NCBI RefSeq assembly: GCF_036321535.1
Contig: NC_087437.1
Location: 42,038,001-42,102,000 of the forward strand
Source of the DNA: Camelus dromedarius
Lineage: Eukaryota
Length of the DNA stretch: 64,000 nt
Direction: 5' to 3'
Shown here: one piece after another, positions 1 to 12,329 of the stretch
How positions within the stretch are numbered: the first letter of the stretch is position 1
How the letters are laid out: each line of letters begins with the position of its first letter
Program-made: the position numbers and the translations under genes
Notes under the pieces: model-generated
Seen by the model: only the letters and a program-made list of their open reading frames with translations
Databases searched by the model: none
What the model was told of the DNA's origin: nothing

Positions 1-659
1 TGAAGTGGCTAAGTGATAGGATCGTGGTGACCCATTATTTATGGGTTCTGTCAGCAGCTCAGTTTTGGTCCTTGGTGCTGGTTTACTTCAGGAAGACTTC
101 AGCAGGAATATTTCAGTCATTGGGCAATTTGTTGTTATGGTCAGCTTGCTGCTTTTAAGGACAATAGCTGAGCCAGACTAGGAAATAGCCAGTGTCAGAG
201 AGAGAGAGAGTGTTGACTTTCAGAAAACAAGGGCTGGGCCTTTGATTTAGTTGTTTCAGACACTTACAAAGTTAGGCACACCCAATTTTCCAGGGTTTCC
301 TAGAAATTAGGGGAAGATAACAGGTAGTTTTAGGACAGGTAGAGGGCTAGGATTAGGGATGGGAAAGTACACACCTGTGGGAAAACAGTCTTCCGTTTTT
401 CTTACTTGTTCCTTGCTTTTAAATAATCATAATTCATACATCTTAAATGTTTTACATTTTTAAAATATTATTTTTGAAGATACAAATAGAAACGCATTTT
501 TAGAGGAAAAAATGTGAAGAACAGAATAACTAACTTGCTCATTTGAGAAACCATCTAACTCTTCATTCCTCTCTGTGGTAAATGGTTACTTTCTATTAAT
601 CTCTTTGCTCATATAGTATTTTCCTTCATGGCACAATGTTAAAGTTGCTTTTAAAACAA

Positions 660-930
660 CATTATTTGACAGGATACTGTACTAGACACTTTATATGCAT
701 TATTACAACTTCCAGTCCTCAGAACAACACTTATAGACCAACCCTTATAAAACAACCCTCAGAACAGCAAATAGCTCTTGTCATCATCCCTTTATGTAGG
801 TCAGAAAAGTGCAGATCTGTCAGAGATTTTAAGTAATTTTCCCAATTACTTAAAATAGTGCTGAAGAGTGGTAGAACTCGCACCCAGACCTCAGCCTGAC
901 TAGCTGTAAGGCTTTTATTTTTTGCACTGC
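660..930 (-). mobile_element. Degraded MIR SINE
   Basis: Reverse-strand MIR-like motifs (tactgtactagacactttatatgcattatt ... gagattttaagtaattttcccaa ... gtggtagaac). Confidence 0.5.
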
Positions 931-1599
931 TCAGACTCTGCTCTTCCCAGTCTGTTTCCTCTCTGGCGGGATGCTTGCAGATTGGAGAGACTGATAAATA
1001 TATTTGACCCAGAGAAACATGCTGTCTGTACCTGGCTCTATATGAAAATCATACCTTGAGAAAAAAATGACATTGCGGCACCATTGTAAGACATGGCAAA
1101 TCTTATTCCTATAGGAAGGTAAAATTAGAAACCACGTTGAACTAAATACTAGAAGAACTGACTTCTGGACCCTGTTGTTTCATCACCTGCCTGCTGGTCA
1201 GTTTGCTTCTGAGCCTCAGTTTCTTTACTTGCAAACAGTGAGACCTCTACTAAATCCTAAGGGACTTCTAACAACTCATTTCTATATTTACTAACGTGAC
1301 CATAGGATGATAATCTTTTAAAATTCTACTAAATTTAAGCAGTGCCTGAGATACTCCTTGTGTTTATTTGTTTATATATCTGTATCCCCATAATTAAGAC
1401 TACCAGTACTTTGAGTATAGAGAATGCATCCTACTGGTTTTTGCATAGCACAGTGTCTAGACATAGCATCCTCCCAAAAATGAATGCATGAGGAATGAAG
1501 ATGTGCTCTAGGAGATTTATGGTCAGTTGCTTTTGGGTAGTTTATTTATAACCCCAGTTTTACTAGCTTAGTTCTTTGGTTATGTGCTCATCATTAAAA

Positions 1600-3620
1600 A
1601 AAATTTTTTTTTAATTCTGGTGAAGTGCATATAACTAACTATTAATTCCAGAGAATTAACTATTCTAATTCTTTGGCGTTTAGTATATTTACAGTATTGT
1701 GCAATCACTATTTCTATCTAGTTCTAAAATATTTTCATCACCCCGAAAGGAAACCCTGCACCCAATAAGCAGTTACTTCCCAAATCCCTACCACCCCTCA
1801 GCCCTTGGAAACCACAAATCTGAGTTTTGTCTCTGTTGGTTTATTTATTCTAGATATTTTATATACATAGAATTACACAATATGTGACCTTTTGTGTCTG
1901 GTCATAATGTTTTCAAGGTTCATCCCCCTTGTAGCATACTTAACATAATGTTTTCAAGGTTCATCCCCCTTGTAGCATATATCAGTACTTCACTCCTTTT
2001 TATGACTGAGTGATATTCCTTTGTTGGTAGTATACTACTTGTGTTCACCCATTCATCTCCTTATGGGTATTTTGGCTGTTTCACCTTTTGGCTATCGTGA
2101 CTACTGCTTCTGTGAACATGTGTGTACATATATTTGTTTTAATCCTTCTGTGTATATACCTGGGAGTGATATTGATGGATCATATGGTACTTTTCTGTTT
2201 TACTTTTTGAGGAAGAGCCAGGTTGTTTCCCACAGTAGCTGTACAATTTTACATTCCTATCAGCACAAAAGTTCCGATTTTTTTCCACATCCTCACCAAC
2301 ACTTATTTTCTGTTTTTCTGACAACAGCCATTGTAGTGGATGTGAAGTGGCACCTCACTGTGGTTTTGATTTCCTTTTTCCTAATGACTAAGGATATTGT
2401 AAGCATCTTCCCATATGTTTGTTGGCTATTTGTGTATCTTTGTTCTTTGGTGAAACGTCTGTTTAAGCCCTTTACACTTTTAAATTGGTTTTTTTTTGTT
2501 GTTGTTGCGTTGTGAGAATTCTTCATATATTTGGAATACTAATTCCTTACCAAATGTATAATTATTTGTAAATATTTTCCCCCATTTTATATGTTGTCTT
2601 TTCACTTCATTAGTAATACCCTTTGTGCAAAAAGTTAGCTTTTATAAAGTCCACTTTATCTTTTTTTTTTTTCTTTTGTTGCTTGTGCTTTTGGTGTCAT
2701 CTAAGAATCCATTGCCAAATGCAACATCATGAAACCCATGTTTTCGTCTAAGAGTCTTATAATTTCAGCTCTTGTATTTAGGTCTATGATGAGTTAATTA
2801 AAATTAAAAACATTTTTTTTCCTCTTTAACAGAGGTACTGGGGATTGAACCCAGGACCTTGTGCACGCCAAGCACATGCTCTGACCTGTACTCCCACCCT
2901 CTATGATGAGTTAATTTTTATATATGATGTCAGGTAGGGGTCCAAGTTGATTCTTTGTGTCTGTTTGGGGCCTCTTGTAATTCCACATGAATTTGAGGAT
3001 GGACTTTTCCATTTCTGCCAAAAAGGCCGTTGGAATTTTGTTAGAGGTTACATTGATTCTGTAGATCGCTTTGAGTAGTATTGCCATCTTAGCAATATTA
3101 AGTCTTCCATTTATGTCTTTATTTAGATGTTCTTTGGTTCCATTTATTAAGGTCTTCTTTAATTTCTTTCAGCAGTGTTTTGTAATTTAAATGCATAGAT
3201 CTTTCACCCCTTGATTAAATTTATACCTAGGTATTTGACTCTTTTGGATGCTGTTGTAAATAGAATTGTATTCTTAATTTCCTTTTCAGATTGTTCTTTT
3301 CTGGTGTATAGATACACAGTTGACTTGTGCATTGCTCTTTTCCCTTTAAATTCACTGAATTCATTTTTTATCTCTAGTAGTTTTTTGTGTGTGGAATCTT
3401 TGGGATTTTTGTATATAGGATTATGTCATCTGCAAGTATAGTTTCCTTCTTCCTTTTCAATTTGAATGGCTTTTCTTTTTTTGCTCAGATTTTCTAGCTA
3501 GAACTTCTGGTACAGTGTTGAATAGTGGTGGTGGAAGTGGGCGTCCTTGCCTTGTTCCTGATGTTGGGAGGGGGAAGCTTTCAGTATTTTAGCCTTTGAG
3601 TGTAGTGTCAGATGTGGATG
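1600..3620 (-). mobile_element. Old LINE-1 (L1MB-like) 3' fragment: ORF2 C-terminus and 3' UTR, with a nested SINE and an apparent internal deletion near 2960
   Basis: T-rich tail near 1603. Minus-strand ORF 2293..2526 (VKGLNRRFTKE...ISLVIRKKEIKTTVRCHFTSTTMAVVRKTENKCW) resembles the L1 ORF2 C-terminus. Typical antisense L1 text such as ggaattttgttagaggttacattgattctgtagatcgctttgagtagtattgccatcttagcaatattaagtcttcc. Confidence 0.9.
2800..2899 (-). mobile_element. tRNA-derived SINE (camelid Vic-1-like) inserted into the L1
   Basis: Reverse complement reads ...gcatgtgcttggcgtgcacaaggtcctgGGTTCAATCCccagtacctc... (Pol III B box) followed by an A-rich tail. Perfect 17-bp target-site duplication tctatgatgagttaatt at 2783-2799 and 2900-2916. 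Confidence 0.85.
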
Positions 3621-3639
3621 CTTATTGACTTTTAATCCA

Positions 3640-3803
3640 TTAAATCAGAGTTATCACCTGAGAAATGGTTAGAAATGCTAACTCTTGGAACCCACCTCAG
3701 ATCTTCTGATTCTAAAACTGTGGGAAATGGAACTTAGTCTGGATTTTGAGAAACCCTCTGGGTAAATTTGATGCGCACCAAAGTTTAAGAGTCACGGCTC
3801 TAG
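3640..3803. mobile_element. MER5-like hAT-Charlie DNA transposon fragment
   Basis: atcacctgagaaatggttagaaatgc...cccacctcagatcttctgattc...tttgatgcgcaccaaagtttaagagtcacggctctag resembles MER5A/B as I recall them. Confidence 0.7.
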
Positions 3804-6369
3804 AGTTTAAGCTTAGGCTAGGACCTGTGCTTTATTTTATTATCTTTGTATTTCTTTTAGTTTTCTTGTGGGATTTGTCAGTGTTGAATAATTTTTTTAA
3901 AAAGTCAGTGTTCCCGCAAATTGCCTACGTAATCTTTTAGCTTGTCTATGTCTCGAGTTCCCATGAATAATTGGAGATTCATTATTAGACATTCACAGGG
4001 TTCAGCAGAAGACCTCACATTTAGGTCTTAGACCCATGCCAAACAGCACAAGTTTTTTATTTCCATTATTTGTTCTGATAATTGCTTTCACCATAATTAA
4101 CTGGTTACCTACTAGCTGTGGCCTTATCCTTATGACTGCTTTAGCCAGCAAGAAATTCTTTTGGCTATTTAGAAAGACTCAAGGATTTTTTTTTTTTTTT
4201 AAATAGGGTTTATTGGATTTTATCGTATCAATATTTTGCCTTTTCTATATTTTTCTCAGTTTTCTTTTATCTTGCTATGTTGTGATCTCAGTCGTCTTAT
4301 ATCCTTTTTGAATAATGTAATATTTAAGTTAATAAGGTAAGAATATGTTCTATTGCTACAAAGGCACAATTGTTGAAAATAGCCATTTGGAAACACAAGT
4401 ACCAGTTTATAGACTAGTACAATAATAACATTCTGTTTATTCACTACTTGTTTACCTATTGGTGAGTATTCAGCTTATAAAAATACCATTTCGAAATGTC
4501 AAAATTGTAGTATAATTATTTATAGCTGATCTATTTCTGAGACTGGTTTAAATGATAATTTATACCCTGGATGCCTATTTTCCACTATTTTCAGATGTGT
4601 CAGCCTCATTTGTACATTCTTTTCAAGTCAGTCTAGTTAATTCTTCTCCCAGAATGGGTGAATATTCTGAATATAGCATCAGAGCAAGGGGTGTTTACAT
4701 GTGTGGGCTCTGGTGCATCCCTGGTAGCAGGAAAGAAGCACAGAGTGAAACCAAATGGCCTCACGGTCTTGGCAGGGGCCCAGAAGCTCTCCGTGAGCTA
4801 TGTGTGGCCCTAAAAATACAACATTGCTGGGCTTTCCTTCATTCTCTTTGATGTGGGAATAAAGTTGTAGGATCATTGCATGAATTACTGTTGGTTATAA
4901 TTAAGCTACCCTCCAACCTTTCACAATATGCTATAAGTAAATGGGAAGGCAGTTTATTAATAAATGCTAGTAGACTTTTAAGATGTTAAACCATGTACTT
5001 GCATATTGCAGTTAAGTTTTTTAATGACTATAAACGTGATCATAGTTCTTGTTTGTGCTCACATCTTGTTCAATGAAAAAAAAAAAGGAATTCTTGACTG
5101 TTGAAGTCACAGCCTAAAACTTGAAATTGATCAAATTTCCCAAGGCGTTTTTTTCATGGAATTACTTGGCTTTTAGCAAACATTCTAGTTCCAGTTCTAG
5201 AAATTGTACATGTGACATCTTTCATCTGTCTGTGGAAGAGTACATGTGGCCTCTGAGCTTCTTAATAGTTTCTCAAAAAAAAAAAAAAAAAGAAGTTTGA
5301 AAGTGTGTTTTTGTTTCCACTTTATTTAATCTGTGTGTATGTACATTTGTGTAGACCTACCTGTAAGTGGCAAGAGTATTTAATTAAAGGGAGTTCCAGA
5401 CACTTTAAGAGATTAAAAGAAATCCTCCCCCTGCTAAAAGTTTAATAGATCAATGATTTCCCAATACAGTCAGAAAGGAAATTAGTTTGGGGAGATTGTG
5501 TGGCTTTTTACTTCACATATCCAGTGTTCGTGGTTTGAATAGGAAGAAAACCATTTTTCACCATATTCTCATATCCTTTAAATCTTGTGTGTCATGAGGT
5601 TATCAACTAAAAAATCAAAAGGGACCTAGTAGTCCTAAAAGTTCAGGAAGAGAAGTTTGTGTTTTAATTAGGGAAGGATTATAATAATATCAGGAGGTTC
5701 TCAAACACAGTTGAGCAGAGGCAGTAAACTCACTGATTAGGAGATAAGTATATAGAGACGATAGCTTTTCTCATACCACCATTGTGAAACGGGTTTTATT
5801 TTCCTAGCTTTTTAAATTCCTGAATGCCTTATGGGGGCAATGGCCTATTTCAGAAAGAAGAGAAACCTTAGGGTTCCAAGACAGAGCTGAGTTTCGGAAA
5901 CCATTACTGTATATTTCACAATGTCCTTTGAAAGGGTTTTGATGACAGTGACAAGAGGAAGGGGGAATGAGCATGTTAAAGTCATTTCGCTACTTTTGAA
6001 ATCAAGGCCAGGAAGAAAACATTTTCTGGCCGTAAATCACTTACTTGTCCTACATTCTTTGAAGCATTTTATAGAAATGACTTTAACAGTTTTAGGGGTC
6101 ATGCCAGGGGTTAAGAGACAGTTTGCCTGGTGTACATTTTGGTGATTAAAAAGTAATACTTTATTGAGGTGGTAGCATTTCTGTTCACATTCTGTACTGT
6201 GAAATGTTTGATATTTATCTGACGAAGTTTTGCCTTTTAAGTCAATATTGTACAAAGTGTATACTTGTTTTTATGTGTTACAGGGATATGTACTATTAAA
6301 ATAGTGCTTAAAATAAAAAAGCAAGGAAAAAACAAAAAGCTGTAAATAAAAAGAAAGAAAAAATTGGAA

Positions 6370-6590
6370 TGATTGCTAACATTTTGATGAGTGAGCATTG
6401 TGCCACACGCTGCTCTAAGCGCTTTTGCACGTATTAATTGAATTTAATCTTTAAACCCAAGCCTATGACGTAGGTACTGTTGTTCTCACTTACAGCTGTT
6501 GAGAAGTGAGGCTCAGAAAGTCTAAGTGAATTGTCCAAGGTCATACAACCACTGTGAATAGTGAACTGGGAAATGAAGCCAGGCAGAGAG
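6370..6590 (-). mobile_element. MIR SINE
   Basis: Antisense MIR core: ctgctctaagcgcttttgcacgtattaattgaatttaatc...taggtactgttgttctcac...gaggctcagaaagtctaagtgaattgtccaaggtcataca. Confidence 0.85.
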
Positions 6591-6674
6591 CATGCTTATA
6601 GAGCTGAGTGCGTTGTCCCTTGGGTTTCAGAGATAATGCTCAGGCTCAGGGTAAAAGAGTTGTATGGTTTTTTG

Positions 6675-6900
6675 TTTTTTTTTTTTTTAAACTGAAGTAC
6701 AGTTGATTTACAGTGCTGTGTTTTATGTACTGCAAAATGATTCAGATATATATATATACACAACACACATATGTATATATATATTCTTTTTCAGTTTCTT
6801 TTCCATTATAGGACATTACAAGATATATAGTTCCCTGTGCTATATATAGTAGGACCTTGTTTATCTATTCAATATATAGTAGTATGTATATGTTAATGCC
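6675..6900 (-). mobile_element. L1 3' UTR fragment (laurasiatherian/artiodactyl type)
   Basis: Poly-T then aaactgaagtacagttgatttacag...tttccattatagg...tagttccctgtgctatat...gtaggaccttgtt. Homologous to 9698-10085 and, inverted, to 47430-47690. Confidence 0.8.
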
Positions 6901-8009
6901 ATTGATTTTTTTTTTAAGTGAGTCAATTGAAATAAAAATAATAATTACCTAAATGTCTTGATGGCTAGGGCAAAAATGCTGAAGCTGACAAGAAAAATGT
7001 ATTTGGAAGATGAATTTGGAAAGTGCCTCCGGTGATTGGTGGATGTATTAGTTTGAATCATACTTAAAAATACAATGGGGTCGTGAAATTATCCATTCTT
7101 ACGCCATTGTCATTCTTTGCTTTAAATGATTACCAGTGTGTCAGCATGTGAGAGACCAGTGTGGTGCTGTGTACGTGTTAAGAGATTATCAGATAGTGTA
7201 GTGCTTTGGTATGTTGTCCATGAAGTTGCAGTGACCTCTAGTCCTATGGAATGTTACATGAATATTTGAATCTTTTCTGTGCTGCTTCTAAGGCTTTTTC
7301 CCCTGTACTAGTAGAACTTTTGATGGCACCCCAGCATCCCTGTCCCTCCACACTTTTCCTGAGAAGTAGCTGTAACATTGGATTGTACTGTGAGGTGAAA
7401 GGTGCATTGTGCTTATATGTGAATGCAGCAGTGGGTGGCAGGATCTATCTTCTTTTGCCAAGAAAAGTGTATTTTTCTTGGTTTTTGTTACAGTGGAGCA
7501 ATTTTCGTTGCCGGCAGCACAACACGCATTAGGAGAAAGCAAATAAACAACACAAGGCACTTGGAGCCAGGAAGTCGCATCTCAGACTAGAACTCAGCTT
7601 TGGATTGACGTTTGGGATATGGGTTACTAAATAGGGGAGCCACTTACCAAACTGAAAACCAGTGACTATGAGGTTCTTACTCTTCCAGGGAAACCATTTA
7701 GTCATAGGATCTTTGGAAGGGTGTCAGAAGTTGATTTTGATGACAATGTTTCCTTGTAATATTAACTCAAGCCAAGTCTTAGGTAACTGAATGTTACCTT
7801 GACTGTCATGGTTTGCCTTAGACATTTGATTAACATTTGTTGAATTTAATATTTTGAAACTAAGCTCTTCATTAATTGGATGCTTTACTGTGAAGTAATC
7901 CAAGTAAATTTGGTATGAGTATCCCTAGTAGTGCCTAGTTTTAAAATGTGATCTATTTTCCCCCCTGCCTTTTAACATAAGAGGCATACCAAATTCAGTT
8001 GGTTTGGAG

Positions 8010-8312
8010 TATTTTATTTATTTATTTTAAACAGCTTTACTGATATATAATTCACTATATCACAGAATTCATCCATTTAAAGTATACAATTCAGCAGGTA
8101 CTCTTTGGTATATTATATTTTTTTTTAACATTTTTTATTGATTTATAATCATTTTACAATGTGTCAAATTCCAGTGTTCAGCACAATATTATATTCTTAA
8201 TTTTAAAAATTATATTAAAATATAGATAACATAAGATATGTCACTTTAACCATTTTTATATCTACAGTTCAGTGGCATTAATTGCGTTCACAGTGTACCA
8301 CCATCACCACTA
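8010..8312 (-). mobile_element. Cluster of three short L1 3'-end stubs, including a young ~66-bp insertion (8120-8185) with a 10-bp TSD
   Basis: Stubs at ~8015-8095 (acagctttactgatatataattcac...catttaaagtatacaattcag), 8120-8185 (ttttttaacattttttattgatttataatcattttacaatgtgtcaaattccagtg) flanked by atattatatt at 8110-8119 and 8186-8195, and ~8200-8312 (taaccattttt...cagttcagtggcattaa). Confidence 0.7.
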
Positions 8313-8851
8313 TGTGTTTCATCTCTCCTTTTTCTTCTTTTTTTTTTTCTCTTTTTGATTTGGAGTATTTTAAAGATTTCTTCTGTTTGAAATTAATGGC
8401 ATGTTACAGTAACTTACTGAAAATAATAATTGGAATGAAAATTATAAATACAAAGTATGTGGGAGCTTTTTAAACCAGAGGAGATAAATTTATTCACTTA
8501 AGAATGTATTAATAACACATCCTTTTAATGGCAAAAAAGGAAACTTTTTGCCCCACCTTGCTAGACAACTCTTAACTGATCAGCCTTAGTTTATGAAAGT
8601 GGAGATTTGGAAATCATTATTTATAAAGATGCTCATAGCTGTTCCCCCTCCCCCACCCCTTTGACTTATGCAGCCAGAGAATTCCTTTTCATCCATGATT
8701 TCAGATCTAAGGCACAGCGTACCAAGTATTGAAGAGAAAACAGTCAAAGTGATTAATTCCCTTCAGTTTTGATAATATTAAATAATACCAAGAAATTATT
8801 TTGAATAAGGTATGTTTATTCAGTTGTTAATACCTTTCTCTCCTTTTTTAG

Positions 8852-8928
8852 GACCTGCTGAAGTTCCCATGATGTCACCCAATGGATCCATTCCTCCCAT
8901 CCATGTGCCTCCAGGTTATATTTCACAG
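8852..8928 (+). CDS. FNDC3B: FNDC3B coding exon A (77 nt; likely human exon 4 equivalent), (G)PAEVPMMSPNGSIPPIHVPPGYISQ
   Basis: Polypyrimidine tract cctttctctcctttttt then AG (8850-8851); donor CAG|GTAAAC at 8929. Enters in phase 1 and exits in phase 0, matching the next exon. Confidence 0.95.
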
Positions 8929-9697
8929 GTAAACCATTTGGTGGACTTCTCTACTATGGGCATTATCATTATTTCAAGAGAATACATATTGAGGCTTCAG
9001 AAACTTATTCCAGGATTAATTTAGTTAGGATAATGCTAGAGTTGTTATCATTTTTGTGGCACCATAGGGCCCTTCCTGAATCTTGCCTCTTGGCGTGCTG
9101 GAAAGCTAGAGTGGGGGAAATGTAGCAGGGTGGCTAGGCTGCCCTCGGCTGAGGTGAGTTTCACATTTGACCATTTGATTGTGATTCCTTCATAGAGTCT
9201 GCTGCCTCAGAGACTTCCTTCCACCTGTACCACAATTCCCTAGGAAAAACAAAAATTTGTGGACTTAATTAGTAAAAATATCAAAGGAGACTTAGTTAAT
9301 TTAAGTAGGGTCTGCCCTCTGTTACGGGAGCCCCATTTCACTGTAACGTGGCAAGACTGGGCTTGGTGAGTTACTCAATATGATGTGAGAACTTGGCTGT
9401 TTGTACTTTAATTTCTCTGGAATCGGATTATTTCTTAAGTAGAAATAGCAATAGCAATTTAAAAAGTAATAGTAATTTCAGAGGTATTTTGGAAGAATAA
9501 AAAAAATGTTAAAGGATAAAGTTACATTCCTATACCTGGATAAGGTTTAAAATCTTCAAGGTGCCTGGAACATGGACATCTGTATATACTTGAGATTTTG
9601 TCCTAGGCTCCTAGGACGAAAGGAACTCCTCCCTCTACAATTTCCTTCCCAAATACCTAACTAACCACCTGTTTTTCTCTTTTTGCCCCCTCCCTCC

Positions 9698-10085
9698 TTT
9701 TTAAATTGAAGTATAGTTGATTTATAATGTTGTGTTAGGTTGAGGTGTACTGCAAAGTGATTCAGTTTTTATTTATTTTTTTATATATATATAATATATT
9801 TATATAGTTATATATATATTTATATAGTTATATATATATATCGATTCTTTTCCATTATAGGTTATTACAAGATATTGTATATAGTTCCCTGTGCTTTACA
9901 GTAGGACCTTGTTGTGTATCTATCTTATATATAGTAATGTGTATCTGTTAATCCTAAGCTCCTAGTTTATCCCCACCCCTTCCCCTTTGATAACCACAGG
10001 CTTGTTTTCTATGTCTGTAAGTCTGTTTCTGTTTTGTAAATAAGTTCATTGGTATCATTTTCTTAGATTCCACATATAAGTGATG
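9698..10085 (-). mobile_element. L1 3' UTR fragment (same family as 6675-6900) with an internal (TA)-rich expansion at 9780-9841
   Basis: ttttaaattgaagtatagttgatttataatgttgtgttagg...ccattataggttattacaagatattg...gttttgtaaataagttcattggtatcattttcttagattccacatataagtgat. Confidence 0.85.
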
Positions 10086-11789
10086 CTGCTGCTGTTCTTT
10101 TTTTCTGATTATAAAGGCAGACGCATCTTATACTCACTGGGAAAAAAATCCAAAAAGACAGAGAAGAATATAAAAAAGAAAATATTTATAACTTTACTAC
10201 CCACAGAAGGTGATAATCTTTGTGTTAACATTTTTTTGGATTATAGTCTTGCAAATTTTTTTTTCTTTCTGTCCGTCTGTCTGCTTTTAAAGTAACTTAA
10301 AAATCTGTAATTTTCAGTTTTTAATGATTTTGCTAGGGTGAAAAAATTGGCAGCTACATAGGAAAATTGCTGAAGTGCAGGCAGGAATCAAAGAAGATTT
10401 ATCCTTCCCTGATGTAAAAACGTATCCATTTCTTCTCTGTCTAAGCCATAGGGCAGCCACTATAATTTCACTTTTTCCATCCCTACTTTTATGTGAGCCA
10501 ATTTGACATCATTCTTTTCCTTCTTTCCTTCTTTCTTTTTTTCTCCTGAGTAGCCAGAGTGTTGGCTTGTCTTCCCCCTGTTGCAAATAAATGACTTGTT
10601 TTACATAAGTCTTTGTAAATAAGAATCACTGAAGGGAGAAGAGGGTGCAGGGGGGCCCTTCCAGCAATCATGCTCACGTCAACAGTCAATTAACAGAAAA
10701 GAACAAGGAATGCAGAATTCCATTATGTCTCCTACTCATTTATTTTGAGGAAGTATTTCATTCCTTTGAACCAGAGTACAGTTCTCACCATTGTGATGGC
10801 TGAAATAACACCTCCATTTGTGCTAAAGGTCCATTTAAGGAATGTGAGTACCAGGTACAAATTGAACATTGTAAGTGTAGAGAAGCTGCAGTATGCTTTT
10901 TCTTGCTAGTGGTGTTGCTACGGTTGTACTTAACTACCAAACACTAATTGGGATTCCTAGGAAAAATAGAGAATTTTAGACCGTGGTATATTTCTGATTC
11001 CTAGAAATTTCCATAGGAAATCCAAGTAGAAAGAGGAAAAGCAGAGCTGTAAACTTACTTTCCTAAAACTGACAATGGAAGCACAGTGAAACATTTTCTC
11101 AGCTTAGAATTATGGCTGAAAGTGCTGGGAGATATTGGAAGAATAGTAAAAATGGAATAATTTGGATTCCAAATTGAAAAAAAGCAAGAAGCAGTCTGTA
11201 AGGCATTATTCAACTCCATTTAGATTGGACTCCCTGCTCAGAAGATGGCCCCAGAGTTAAATAACCTTCAGTGGCAGCATTGTAACTTTAATGATGTTTG
11301 ATAGTGAATGAAGTATCTAAGTGGAAGAGATTATTATGGTGAAGAAAACTGAGAGCCTGAAGATGCACGTTTTCCTTAAGGTCGACAGTATCCACACTTC
11401 AAAAAACAACATAGGTTGTAACCAAGTATGAAATGTCTTAGGAGGCTTGTCATCATCAAGAGATCTAAGGAGCAGAATACATTTTTGTTACTCAGTTGTG
11501 GGAAGAAAGAATCACTTAAAAAAAAAAATCTCCCTCTTGGCTGGACGTATATGAGGGTGCCTGATACTAGTCTGTCCCTATGCAAGTCAACTCTGTGTCT
11601 TAACCCCACAAGTCATTTTCCTCAAATACATGTGGCTTCCTTGTTCAGACCTAGAGTTAGGGGTCCATTGCACAGGAGTAGAGTTAAAGCTCTGTGGTGT
11701 AGTATATGGGTTCTTAATACTCAGCCTTGCTGTCCTTTTGAGAGTCACCTTTACCTGCTGCCTCACATTGCTACCACCTTCAGCTTCTG

Positions 11790-12145
11790 TCTCCTGAACA
11801 CATCTGGCCTTTCTCAACTGTGTACTTCTGTACCCATTATATCTCTTTTCTTGGAATACTCAAGAGCCCTTCTTTGTCTGATAGTTCACTCATTCTTCTG
11901 TTCAGATGGCCTTCCTCATTGTGACCTTTCAGAACCCCCAACACAGAAATGGTTGTTCTAGTTTTATTTATTTATTTATTTTCCCATCATCTTTGGTACT
12001 TTGTCCCCATCTCTGTCATGAAATACAATACATTTTATAACCATCTCCAAGAATCTTAGTGCCTCATTGAGATTATATCTGAGAATCTAGAATCCTGCCT
12101 GGTATATAGTAGGTACTTGGTGAGTGGTTTTAAATGTAAATGATT
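11790..12145 (+). mobile_element. LINE-2 3' fragment
   Basis: Ends in an L2-type terminus: ctagaatcctgcctggtatatagtaggtacttggtgagtggttttaaatgtaaatga. Confidence 0.55.
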
Positions 12146-12329
12146 GGCCAAGCTGAAATAAAGTAAATATAGGATAGATTCATAGATTTGATTCAAAGAT
12201 TTGCAGTTTCGAGAAGATAATGAAACACCTGGTAGCTGGAAGATTAGCACGATCAGACTTATGTATACCTGCAAGGAACAAAATGCTCTGAATATGGGTT
12301 TAAGAGAGAGAGGAGTGCCAAGAAAACTC

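Noticed and set aside
2021..2526. ORFs 2021..2515 (+) and 2293..2526 (-) as functional proteins
   Set aside because: They lie within a decayed L1; the minus-strand one is a frameshifted ORF2 remnant and the plus-strand one is its antisense.
2830..2899. Possible tRNA gene (B box GGTTCAATCC on the minus strand)
   Set aside because: No full cloverleaf; the A-rich tail and 17-bp TSD identify it as a SINE.
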